DNA of 64,000 bases, taken from the NCBI GenBank assembly GCA_043228905.1, contig JBHGNT010000014.1, positions 9,424,001 through 9,488,000 on the forward strand, written 5' to 3'. Below the pieces are notes generated by a model, which saw only the letters and a program-made list of their open reading frames with translations, did no database searches and was not told where the DNA came from. Below are positions 10,566-22,581 of the stretch, piece by piece. This stretch comes from Azolla caroliniana. Taxonomy: Eukaryota > Plantae > Polypodiophyta. The position numbers and the translations under genes were made by a program. Positions within the stretch are counted from its first letter, which is position 1, and each line of letters opens with the position of its first letter.

Positions 10566-13503
10566 TGAACTTCCAAGAATAAAAGGTCACAGGATGAAGA
10601 ATCCCATTGTTATCTGATTGAGAGAGAATGGCACCGATGGCGAAGTTAGAAGCATCAGTTTCGATCATAAATGGTTTGGTCAGATCTAGGTGTAGAAGTA
10701 CCGGAGCCGAGGTAAAAGTTTTCTTTAGTGTCTCGAATGCTAGTTCGGTTGTAGGAGTCCAGCAAAAAGGGGAATCCTTCTGAGTGAGTGCTACAAGTGG
10801 TTGCACCAATGTAGAGAATCCTTGAATGAATCGACGATAGAAGTTGGCAAAACCCAAATGATTGCTAGCACATCCTTGACCCTAGTGGGGACTTCCCAGT
10901 CTTGAACTGTTTCAACTTTCTTCTTGTCCATAGTGAGACCATCAGAAATGACATACCCGAGGAATTCAACTGAGGTTCAATCAAACTCACACTTCTCGGG
11001 GTTCGCATAAAGTCCATGTTCGCGAAGTTTGGACAAGATAAGTTGAACGTGCTTGGTTTGCTCTATGTAGTCCTGTGAGAAGATAAGTATGTCATCGAGA
11101 TAGTTGACCACAAATTGGCCTAGATATTCTCGGAAGATGTTATTCATCATATGCTGGAAAACAATAGGAGCATTTGTGAGACCAAATGGCATTACCATGT
11201 ATTCAAAATGCCCATACGTGGTTCGAAATGCCATGTTCCACTCATCTCCAAGCTTGCTATGCACCAAGTTGTAGGCACCTTTGAGATCGATTTTGGAGAA
11301 TATACGCGTAGCCCGAAGGCAGTCGAGGAGTTTGGGGATTAGAGGTAGTGGATACTGGTTTTGAATCGTGACTCGATTGAGCCCGCGATAGTCGATACAT
11401 AGGCGTAATGTTCCATCTTTCTTTTTGACAAATAGAATAGGAGAGCCAGCTAGAGATTTTGAGTGGTGAATGAATCCCTTTGCGAGATTCTCTTCAATGT
11501 ATATTTTGAGGGTCTTGAGTTCAAGTTCAGATAACCCATAGATAGGGCCAAATGGAGGACAAGAACAATCTTTCAAGTCAATTGGAAAATCGTATGGGCA
11601 ATGTTCATGCAGGAAATCAAAATTTTTCTTCTCAAATACATAAGAGAAATCAATTGTATTTTGATGGAAAAGAGCTAGTACATAGAGTAGTATCTGGAGT
11701 GGACATGATCGCCATGTCCTTAGAATTAGAAATGGATGCAATCAACATTGTATCGCTTACCCGAGCAAGAGTTGGAACTATTTCTGAGGTCGACACGGAA
11801 CTAACTATTAATGTTGTTTCTATTGGAACAACCGTTGACATAGTTCTCGCTGAAAAGGAAATGGGAGCAATCGATAACCTGGTCCTCACTGGAGCAGAAA
11901 CATGAGTGGGAGCGACCGTTGACGTGGTCCTCACTGGAGCAGAAACTGGAATCGAAGCAACCATTGATGTGGTTCTCACTGGAGCAGTAATGGGAGTTGT
12001 CCCAGAAACATGAGTGGGAGCAACCAGTGAGACGGACCTCACCGGAGTAGGCGGCCAAACAAATGGTGCAACATTGGCTCAAAGAAGGGTGGACGTAATC
12101 CCTTGTGAGTAAAAATTCGAGGTGAAGTTGATGGAGCGAGATCGCCAATCTGCGATTGAATTGTCATTCTCGTGCCATGATAACCCAAAGATGATAGGAT
12201 GTTGAGGTGATGTGATGAGGTTAAAAGTGATTTCTTCCTGGTGGACTCCTATGTGGAGACCCAAGGAAATTGTTGTATCTGTGATGGCACCAGAAGAGAG
12301 TCTTCAACCGTCGATCACTTCAACTAGAATTGGGATAGTTATTTTGCTGCTTGAAATGTTGTGTTTTCTTGCAAATATGATGTCAATAAAGCACGACGTA
12401 GCCCTAGAATCCAACAAAGCTTTTGTCTTAAGAGTGGTAGAGCCAAACTGAAGAGTGATCGGAAGCATGAAGCTTGTTGTCGAGGAAGTTGGTTGATTGG
12501 GCCCTTGACATAATTGTCGACTCTTGCGGCCTAGATGCACAACCCTACTGCATTGGAGTTTTCCCTGTTGGTAGAAAATGTCAACCCCATCCACATGATG
12601 TGGTGTTTGACGGGGTCCCTTTTTTGGGCAAGAGCGGATCAAATGGTCAGGGCCGCCACAATAGAGACATAAATTGTTGGCCCATCAATGTTGTCGTTGT
12701 GCGTTAGAATGGTTAGTAGTGAATTTGATCGATCTCCCTTGGCGAGAAGATGAAGTGGAGGATGACATGGGAGGCGGGGTCGTCAACCATGGTAGGTGAC
12801 TTCGCATAGCGGCTGGCCAAGGTGGATGGATCCAGTGAGAATGTTCCTCTTGCTGGAACTCAAAGAGACGGTTATCGCAGCACATAGCTTGGGAAATAGC
12901 CTCATTCAAAGATGTGGGCTTAGGAAAGTTAAGTAAACGATTTTTTATCTCACCTCGTAATCCTCAACGGAATTGATCGAGGGCTTGTCCGTCCCACTCA
13001 ACATCAAACGCGAGCTGATGAAATTTGGATGCATAGATTCATGCCGCACTATCTCCTTGTTGTAACACATATAGTTTATTGAGTGCAGTTGGTTGTTTGT
13101 CGGTCTCCCCAAAAGTTGCCTCAAATTCAGTAAAAAATGCTTGGAAGTCATTCAAGAGAGGCGAAGAGGTCTCCACTAGAGGGGCAAACCAAGCTTGAGC
13201 TTGTCTTGTCAGCAACGTGCCGGTGAGCCCAACTTGTCGAAAGTCATCAGAATAGCGTCGGGGCTGAAGACGAATAATAAGGCAGATTTGGTTGATGAAA
13301 CCTCTTAGCCGTGACCTTGTTCCATCGAATTTTTCTGGCAAGCGGACATTGGGTACTAGAACATAAGGGCCAACAACCGGGTGAGGTATAACCGTTGTGG
13401 CTGCTTGGAGTTCTTGAATAGAGTTTCGCAAGTTCGCATTCTCATGTTGGAGTTGTTGCACGACCGCCAAAATTTGCTCAAGATTACTAGATGATTCTGA
13501 CAT
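10566..13503 (-). pseudogene. gag-pol: Chromovirus J gag-pol remnant (gag, PR, RT, start of RNase H)
   Basis: ORFs 13039-13626, 12304-12642, 10977-11741 and 10525-10857. Confidence 0.92.
11836..12050 (-). repeat. Degenerate 45-bp tandem repeat in the PR-RT linker of J
   Basis: GGTCCTCACTGGAGCAG-type units at 11881, 11926 and 11971. Confidence 0.8.
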
Positions 13504-13545
13504 GATAGTGTATTCAGAAAGTATAAAAGAAAGAAAGAAGGAAGG

Positions 13546-13985
13546 TGTTGTCCGCCAAAATAGTAACCGATGGCCAAAAGCGTAGGAATAAGAAACTATA
13601 TAAGCGTAACGTATGTAACAGTTCATGTGGGAAGCGTGAACGGCTAATTAGACCCTGCATATATAAAGGGCAGAAAACCTCTTAAGGAGGTGCGTGTAAA
13701 TTTTGGGAAATGTAAAAGAACACCTGATAATAGAATACTATCTTCTCTGAGTTTCTGTGTATATCTGCGACTAATTCAGTGTCTATGTCTCGGATACGTA
13801 AGCGTAGTAGTACGTAAGTGCAACCTGTGATAAGGAGTCGGTTGTAGCCGTCTCCCCTTAACATACGGAGGAATCACAGAGGTTCTCTCCTTACGCAGTA
13901 CGCTTAAGCTCTGTTCATTGTTCCACACCCACCTTGGGGTCTAGGTCGAAGGACTGTCCATGGACCGTGTTCCTAAGAGGCAACA
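13546..13985 (+). repeat. 5' LTR of Gypsy C
   Basis: TGTTG..CAACA termini; TATATAAAGGG at ~13660; matches 21814-22253. Confidence 0.97.
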
Positions 13986-13989
13986 CTTT

Positions 13990-14003
13990 TGGCACGCTTG
14001 GTG
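13990..14003 (+). promoter_or_regulatory. PBS, tRNA-Arg(UCU)-type, degenerate
   Basis: TGGCACGCTTGGTG versus the Tat/Ogre-type Arg PBS TGGCACGCCC(A/G)GTGGGAC, recalled from known elements. Confidence 0.75.
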
Positions 14004-14273
14004 ATCTGTGTTTCCTCACAGACGAGCAACAACGAATGGATGTTTCGCCGCAAATGACCCAGAGAACCAACAAGACAAGACCGGCCAATACCAAGGTCCG
14101 TCATATGCCAGGCAGAAGAACGCGCCCGGCAAAAGCCGCGCATCGGCGACCTCAGTACTACCTGCCAGGAGTGCAAAGGGGATTCCTTGCTCCCCAAATA
14201 CCTCGACAAGACAAGGGGACCACGCTTACCGGAGCTATCTGGTGACCTTTTCTGATCTGCCGTAGCTCCCACG

Positions 14274-17200
14274 ATGGCCTTTGCCTACCCCTGCTTTAAC
14301 GGCGAAACCGACGTCGCAACTCATATTCGCATATTCTTGAACGTTTGGAATGCGAACCACATGGCGCAGAACCTTTCCGAGATGGTGGCACACCAGTTGA
14401 AAATGACGGAGTTCGGATTAACATTAGATGGGCGTGCCACGTTCTGGCATTCACAGATGGATTTACCAGCCATAACAACCTTCGATCAGCTGCAGTCCGC
14501 CTTCTTGCGATTCTTCCATAGGAGGGTTCCACAACGCGAGATTCTCGGGCAGTTTTATACAATTAAGCAGCTACCGACCGAGACGATAGCAGACTTCAGC
14601 TTACGTTTCCAAAATTTAAGACGGAAACTGGATCGAAGCCCCGCGGAGGAGGAGGCTCGGGAGACATTTCTAGCAGCATTACGCCAGCCCATCCGGGCAA
14701 CGCTCAACAACAATAGCGTGAAAGGGGAAACGGCGGATATGGTGATTGAACGAGCGTTACAACTCGAGTTGGATGACGAGGAGGAGAGGTTTTCGATATC
14801 ATCCTTACAACAAGCGTTACCTTAGGATGAGGAACGCCAATTTCGTCAAGCAATCCAGTGCACGATTTGCTTGAACTCGGGGCATTCCGCAGTGGAGTGC
14901 AATATGCGAATCCACTGCCAATCTACTACTCGAAGGTTCACACATGCGACCAATGTGAGTACAATATGTTAAACAGAGCCACTCCCACGGTCCGCAGCAT
15001 GGACACACAGCGGCAACCACACCAGGCAGAATAAAGGAAGCAAGAAGACCGACCCCGGTATAAGGATCGCAACCCGCGGGAGGATAGGTACAACTGGAAT
15101 CGCCGGAATCACAACGAGTCCGAGGAGGACGACCCGGAGGACGAGGATTATCGTGGACATCCGAGTTACGCCAAAGGGGGTCGGCGATACGAACATCAAC
15201 GCTCGACAAACAAACGGGGCGGCTTCAATGGCTATCGGGGTAAGGCTCGACAATATAGGGATCACCGGCGTTACGACGAAAGCTCGGGGGATGAGCGGCA
15301 CCAGGAACAACTATGGGACCAACAACAGCCACCGCGTGCGTCCCGACAAACGAGGCCGGTCCATGAAGAGCAAGTATCGCCCGGAGAGTGGCACACTCCA
15401 CCTGGGGCTGAGAAGGGAGAATCAAGCATCCATTGTTTTATTTGTCAGCAACCCGGACACTATGCCACGCAATGCCCAACACGCAAGGGAAAGGGGCCCG
15501 CCATCAACACGATTACGGCGGAGGTGCAACAAGTCACAACACACCAGCAAACGAAAACGGCGGATTGGGCTGCGCAGGACGAGGTACGACGACAAGCCCA
15601 AGCCTGGGTGGAAAAAGCAAATGGGACCAATACAGAACGTATGAGGCAGGAATCCGCGAACACAATGAAGCGAACAAAGAATGAAAAACCAGGGCTGGAC
15701 CCCATTTGGCAGGTGTTAGCGGGATGTGAAATCACGCTAACTATGGAAAAACTGCTCTAGCTAGTTCCACGTTTCCGCCAGACCATGGAAGCACAGGTGG
15801 CGGGCATGACCGGGGCGAGCGTTGCCACAAACCTGACAGACGTCAGCGAGGGACCACCAGTGGTGGATCAACACAACCCGTCCATTACAGTAATATTGCA
15901 TGAGTAGGAAGTTCCTGGATGCGTAATCGACGGCGGCTCAGGCGTCAATGTGATTAGCGCGAAAACTTGCGAACAGTTGGGCATTTCCGAATGGGAGGCG
16001 TGTCCATTCTGGCTTCACATGGCAGATACCCGATCAGTGCGACCGTTGGGGCTAATTCGCAAAATAGGCATCATCATGGTTGGACACCACTTCGACATAT
16101 CGGCGGTCGTCCTCGCTTTGGACGCCCCATGGCTTTGGACAGCAAATATCAAGCAGAGCTGGCAACACGAGTGTATCAGTTTCCGGCATGGACACACCAA
16201 GGTTCGTGTACCTACGGAAGGCAACACGCCACAACCTAAGGGGATAACACCGTTGTATGCGGAAGACATCAATATGTTGGTTGGGGTGGAGGATGTTGAA
16301 TTAGAAGCGTACCTTCACGAACATCCTCCGAGTCGGATTATTCCGCTGTTCGAGATAGATGTCATCGCAACTGTGGCAGAATATACTACGACCATTGTTC
16401 CGAACGAAGAGCCGTACGAACCAAACCCAGAGTCCATATTGGAACTCAGCAGAGCACGGGTGGCCTTCAAAAGGGAAATGGAGATTTCACGACGAGTCAC
16501 CGCTTCCGCTCTCAACGAAGTGAATGTGGGTACGGGATCGGAACCCCGGTTCCTCTCCATAGCAAAGGAATTGAGGCCGGACCAGAGAACGACAATAATC
16601 GCACTACTCATGGAATATAAAGATGTGTTCGCGTGGGCTCACGAGGACATGATGGGGTTAGATCCCAAGTTCTATCAGCATAAGATCAATTTAGCAACGG
16701 ACGCGAAACCTGTCCAGCAGCGCCGCTACCGCATGAACCCCAATTATGCGACCCGCGTGAAAGAAGAAATTGATAAGCTGCTGAGGGCGGGGTTCATATG
16801 TCCAGTTAAACAAGCGACATGGCTTAGCCCGATAGTTGTTGTCCCAAAGAAAAACGGCAAAATACGGGTATGCGTGGATTACCGGAAATTAAATGCCGTA
16901 ACCATTACAGACGCATTTCCCTTACCCTCCACCAATAGCGTGCTGGACGCCGTCGCAGGCCATGAGATGTACAGTTTCTTAGATGGCTTCAGAGGATATA
17001 ACCAAGGACGCATGCACCCCGAGGACCAAGAGAAGACGGCATTTGTCACGGACTGGGAAGTATATGTGGCGGTCGTCATGATGTTCGGGCTAAAGACAGC
17101 GCCGGCAACATTCCAACGAACGATTACGGAGGTCTTTGGGGAATACATTCCGGCGTTCATGCAAATCTTTTTAGACGATTTTGCGGTATATGGGCGAACA

Positions 17201-19334
17201 AAAGACCATTTCTCGCACTTACGTCTGTGCCTGGAACGTTGCCGCACCGCACACTTAAGCCTAAATCCCGCGAAATGTGCCTTCGGCGTGACTAGCGGGA
17301 CTCTCCTAGGCCACATTGTCAGCAACGAAGGAAATGCGGTCGACCCAAACAAGATCTCTGCTATTACGCAAGCTAAAACTCTGACAAATGACAAATCACT
17401 TAGCCGGTTTCTGGGCCAAATACGGTGGCATAGTCGGATGATATGGTATTTGGCGGACTTCGCCTCGCCACTACATGCTGCCGTACATCGGACTCCTTTC
17501 CAATGGATTGCAACAGAGGATAAGGCCTATGAGGCACTTAAGATAATGCTCCCGTAGTACAACCTCCAGTTTGGGCGAAGCCATTCCACGTGTTCGTCGA
17601 CGCCTCGGACATAGCAATAGGAAGCGCGCTAATGCAACTCACCAAACCAAACTGGTACAGGCCAGTATACTACGCAAGTCGTAAATTGTGAGCAGCAGAG
17701 TGTAACTATTCCACAACAGAACCGGAGGCGCTAGGGATGATCTATAGCATCAATAAATTCCGACATTATTTAATAGGACGGAAATTCACGTTCCACGTGG
17801 ATCATTCGGCATTATTGTATTTGGTGGAGAAACAAGCCCTGACAGGGAAATTGGCACGGTGGATGTTGCTGCTCCAGGAATTCGAGTTCGTAATTCAGCA
17901 CCGACCAGGGACGCAACATGCAATGGCAGATTTGTTGAGCAGACTTGAGAATGGAGAAACAGTACAGAAAGACGACGACGATTTTCCGGACGCCGACATC
18001 TGGCGAGTAGCGACATTTGCAGAAAAAACGGAATCCACCTTTCCGAATCGATGGCTTATGGAAATGACGTACTTTTTAACTACAGGACTACCTCCACCAC
18101 AATTACGCACACACGAAAGGAAACGACTAGCCGTCCGAAGCCGTCACTTATGCCTGGTCGAAGGGAATTTATATCACAAAGGAAGTGACGGCATTTGGCA
18201 ACATGGAGTTCGTCAGGATGAAAAAGAAGCGGTTTTACGAGAGGCACACTACGGCATGACCGACGGCCATTACGTGGGCAACGTGACAGCTCGCAAAGTA
18301 TGGCAGGCGGGCTTATGGTGGCCAACAACGCAGAAGGAAGCATCCAAGTATTGTAGAAAGTGTTATTTGTGCCAACGGATGGGTCAACCCGCGGAGGACG
18401 CAAGGATGCCACACCAGCCCGTATTACCGTTGGACCCCTTCCAAAAGTGGGGATTGGATTTTGTGGGGCCTTTCACACCAGCAGCAGCCCGTACGGGCAA
18501 CAAATACATATTGGTAGCCACGGATTACTGTACCAAATGGGTAGAAGCAAAGGCACTACGGGAAAATACGGCGGCCGTCACAGCCAAATTTCTGTACGAG
18601 CACATCTGGTGACGGTTCGGCTGCCCGATTGAGCTCATCAGTGACCAGGGGAGCCATTTCCTCAATACGGTGGTTCGGGAACTAACACAGCATTACGCAG
18701 TAGTCCACAAGAAGAGCACGCCATACTACCCACAGGCGAATGGATTAGCAGAATCCACGAACAAAACGTTACAGACCATTTTGAAGAAAACCATCAATGA
18801 AAATAGAACGGACTGGGATACCAAACTCCAGAGTGCGTTATGGGCATACATAACTAGTTACAAAACAAGCATACAGTCAACACCGTTCCGGCTAGCGTTT
18901 GGACTAGAAGTTGTGATGCTGGTCGAATTTTGGGTACCTAGTTTGCGCATTCAGGTACGGAACCGATTATCAAAAGCCAAGTCAGAGGAGGAACGACTCT
19001 ACCAACTCCTCGAACTAGGGGAAAAACGCGTCCACAGCATGGCTGTGTTGGAAGAGGAACAACGACAGCGTAAAGCGTTTGTCGATCGACATCGGAGCGC
19101 AAGGGAAAAGGAGTTCGCCGTGGGCCGAGCAGTGCTAGTTTTTCAAACGCGCATGGGCCAGATGCCGGGAAAGCTACGTTTCCGCTAGACTGGCCCATAC
19201 TGGATAATTGGAGCGGAACAAGGCACGTTCCAACTAGGAACGCTGGCTAGAGAATTAGTACGACAAAAAGTGAATGGGTTTTGGCTCAAACCTTACTTGG
19301 GCCCTACGCCACCTAACCCATTCACCGCAGTGTA
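14274..19334 (+). pseudogene. gag-pol: Gypsy C gag-pol
   Basis: Gag 14274-14825 followed by CTICLNSGH knuckle, protease IDGGSGVN, RT (FLDGFRGYNQ, FLDDF), RNase H (FVDASDIAIG) and integrase ([18 protein letters not shown]). Several stops and frameshifts. Confidence 0.95.
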
Positions 19335-19669
19335 AAAGGGACAGTCCCATTTGTACTATAATGTAAAAATAGGGTGTAAATAACCATTACAAAAAAAAGA
19401 AAAAAGAAAAAAAGAGAGAGAAGATAGCGACTATTAAAACGACTAAAGACATGCACAAACTCCTAGTTCAAGAACACGCGGCACCACGGGTGAGCCCAAT
19501 GAACCCTAAGCCACAAAAAGAAGGAAACATAAGATTTTCTGCACAAAGCAGAAACACATCGTCTAGCTATCAGCGCTCCCATCGCTCCTCCTCACCTTCT
19601 TCCCCATCCTATCTCAGAGCTCCAACTCACCACTACTACCCGTCTCCTCTCCACGAACCTACTCTGGCG

Positions 19670-21766
19670 ATGCCGATTTTCATCTCTACTGCCCTACACT
19701 GATGGCTCGTGGAGAAGCGCCTGGATGGTTACATTCGGGTCGCAGAAGCACTTCCGCACCCGGACGCCATGGACATCGCCAGGCGGCTTAACATCGACAC
19801 GGTCACCAACTCTTCCATTCTAGAGAAGTTGGACCTATCCTCACTAGGCGAAAGACATTTCGAGATACCTCCTACAGAGGCGCTGCAGCGGTATTTTGGC
19901 CCATATTCATCCTCCACCAAGGCCTATAGAACAAAACAGATTCCGGATCCCTTCTTCTGCGAAGTGGCCAAGTTCCTACTGGAAGTCGGCTGCGTCCATG
20001 TCAACGCTTACGGGATGCCTAAACAGAAGGCGGGCATCATTATTGACACCTTTGAAGGGCGGACAGTCGACTGGGGGGTCATCACAGGGCCGGCGTTAAG
20101 GGAAGGCTTGCATGCGTACCAAGCAGGCAAAAAGCTCAGGACAATCATCCAACAATACCTTACGGTACTATTTCCACCCCGAGGCCTGCCAGCACCACAA
20201 CCCAGCCAACCCACGACCCCGCCCCACTCCGCGAAACGCAGGTTAGCGGAGTTAGCGGCCCAAGAGTGGGAGGAGGAACCCCAACCGGCCCAACCAAGCC
20301 CAAGGACAACACCGCCTACCGACCAACCGGACACACGGGTGACGCAGGAGGAACAACCGAGACACCCCATGGAAGCAGCCCCAGAACCAGACACCGAAGC
20401 ACGGTGGGAAAGCCCTAGACCAAAACGGTGCAGATTGGACAGAAAAGATGGGCGGGGGTTGGTAAAAAACGCCCCCACGGATTCGGAGGCACCGACCGCA
20501 GGCGAAGGCCCCGCAACAACAGAGCCGAATACCATCTTTGAAATCATCCTCGAGCCGCGGCCAATTATTACGACTCAGTCCCAACGAGGGAAAGCCATAT
20601 TGATGGCGGAAAGCGAGGTTTTGGCGTATCTGGATATTCCGGATACGGCCCACGAAGATATTCCGGATACGGACCAGCACATCTGGATAAAAGACGAGAA
20701 CGCCCAATTATGAGAGGACGTGAAGAAATCGGAGGCGGCAATAGCGGGACTTCGGGCCTTATTAGAGAAAAAGAAGGTATGGTTCGATGAGCAGTTGGTA
20801 GTCGAACAAGACAGAAGGCATCAACTCGAAATCCGCCTAAACAATGAAATGGGGAAATTAGAAGAACAACATGAAGCGGCAACCGTTAAACAGCAGGAAA
20901 TCGCGAATCTCCAGAAGTCGATGGAAGACGCACGCAACCGCTGCCAGGCCATCACGGATAACTTGCGCATCCTTCTCCAAACCAACCGGGAAAGGTTCAC
21001 AGCGCAATTGAAAACGGTGTTGGACAAAGGATGGATGATGTGGGCAACCCAAGCAGCAGAATTGCACGCGTATCGTGCAGACTGCGAGTACCGGCAGAAA
21101 GACGGCCGAGGGTTTTATAAGCTAAACGAGGAGAGCATTGCGACTGTACAGGAGGACCTAGCGCAAGACTATCGCGCGTTAGTAGACCAACACTTCAAAG
21201 AACTCGCACAACTCCTAGATGATTTTGGTGAAAGTCAGGAGGAACTATTTCACTAGATCACACAAACCGGCAACACGCGCACAAACGAGGAACCCGACGG
21301 AACACCAATTCCGGTCACAGCCGAAGAAGAGGAACCTCAGGCCCGATCACCGAGGACAACAGGAGAAAATAGCGGGGACGAACGAGCGGAGTTCCCCACA
21401 TGACTAGACAGCGAAACCATTAACCAACAAGAGGTCCAGCCCACACCGTCTTCAGAAAACGCGGAAAATAGTGCGGACCAGGCGGAATCCCCGCCCCACG
21501 CACAGGGACACACAAAAATGGCCAACACCGCGGTGGACGTAACAATAGAGGCTGAGCTGCAGCTGATTGCAAGCACGCTACTGGCGGAGCCCAACCCACT
21601 AACTCAAGAAGAGCCCACCGTACCTGGACCACCCGCACACGACAAAGGCAACTCAAGGAGAAACCAGGCCGACCAAACAGAGGAGCCACACCACGATGCA
21701 CCTACCGGCCCTACATCAACGTGGTGTGGCTCCTCTGTTTGGTCGGCGATTTTGGAAGAAGATTAA
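19670..21766 (+). pseudogene. Extra ORF of Gypsy C (~698 codons; conserved N-terminal domain, Pro-rich linker, coiled coil)
   Basis: ORF pieces at 19451, 19709, 20720 and 21518 are all in one frame, separated by four TGA/TAG stops. Homologous to the ORF at 44857-46824. Confidence 0.88.
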
Positions 21767-21794
21767 TGGGATGAGTCCGACGTGCAAAGGCACT

Positions 21795-21811
21795 GTCCCA
21801 CAGGCGTGCCA
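21795..21811 (-). promoter_or_regulatory. Inverted PBS (sense copy of a tRNA-Arg 3' end) at the PPT position
   Basis: GTCCCACAGGCGTGCCA then GG then the LTR. Reverse complement is TGGCACGCCTGTGGGAC. Confidence 0.75.
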
Positions 21812-21813
21812 GG

Positions 21814-22253
21814 TGTTGTCAGCCGGAATAGTAACCGATGGCCAAAAGCGTAGGAATAAGAAATTATATAAGCGTAACGTATGTAACGGTTCACGCGGGA
21901 AGCGTGAATGGCTAATTAGACCCTGCATATATAAAGGGCAGAAAACCTCTTAAGGAGGTGCGTGTAAATTTTGGGAAATGTAAAAGAACACCTGATAATA
22001 GAATACTATCTTCTCTGAGTTTCTGTGTATAGCTGCGACTAATTCAGTGTCTGTGTCTCGGATACGTAAGCGTAGTAGTACGTAAGTGCAACCTGTGATA
22101 AGGAGTCGGTTGTAGCCGTCTCCCCTTAACATACGGAGGAATCACAGAGGTTCTCTACTTATGCAGTACGCTTAAGCTCTGTTCATTGTTCCACACCCAC
22201 CTTGGGGTCTAGGTCGAAGGACTGACCACGGACCGTGTTCCTAAGAGGCAACA
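21814..22253 (+). repeat. 3' LTR of Gypsy C
   Basis: Direct repeat of 13546-13985, followed by TSD GAAGG. Confidence 0.97.
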
Positions 22254-22254
22254 G

Positions 22255-22382
22255 AAGGAGATCAATCTTTCACGGAAGTACAATTGGAGATAAAGAGATG
22301 GGGAAGTTGATGAGATAGGGAGATCGAGAAGTTGATGACAATGAGTAAAAATATCTATTCCATGACTGGTGTTGATCTCCTT
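22255..22382 (-). promoter_or_regulatory. Self-priming signal of chromovirus J (11-nt PBS complementary to the predicted transcript 5' end)
   Basis: AAGGAGATCAA (22255-22265) is the exact reverse complement of TTGATCTCCTT (22372-22382). The latter begins 32 nt downstream of a minus-strand TATAAAAA (22414-22407). Confidence 0.7.
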
Positions 22383-22581
22383 GATGTTAACAAGGGAGAT
22401 CAACCCTTTTTATACATGTAGTGATGCATGATAAGCATGCTCATGCCAAGTCTTACATACTATAATATCAAGCATACTAATTATTGAATGCCAAGTCTTA
22501 CATACTGAGTCTTACATATTGGGTCTTACATACCACTCTTTATACAAAGGTCTAAAGTCTAAAGTTATTCTAGGAGAAATA

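Larger units (their letters stand above)
13546..22253 (+). mobile_element. Ty3/Gypsy non-chromovirus LTR retrotransposon C, full length and mutated, with a 3' extra ORF
   Basis: 440-bp LTRs at 13546-13985 and 21814-22253. TSD GAAGG. PBS TGGCACGC at 13990. Order gag-PR-RT-RH-INT; no chromodomain or second RNase H seen. Confidence 0.97.

Noticed and set aside
19709-21256. Captured host gene or retroviral env in C
   Set aside because: There are no introns, the position and protein are conserved in E, and no clear signal peptide or transmembrane segment is visible; treated as an accessory ORF.
21766-21800. Hammerhead-like GATGAGTCC motif before the C 3' LTR
   Set aside because: It lacks the CTGATGA and GAAA core elements; only a small hairpin is supportable.
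13546-22253. Element C actually oriented on the minus strand because of the inverted PBS
   Set aside because: The TATA box, gag-pol, extra ORF and 5' PBS are all on the plus strand.
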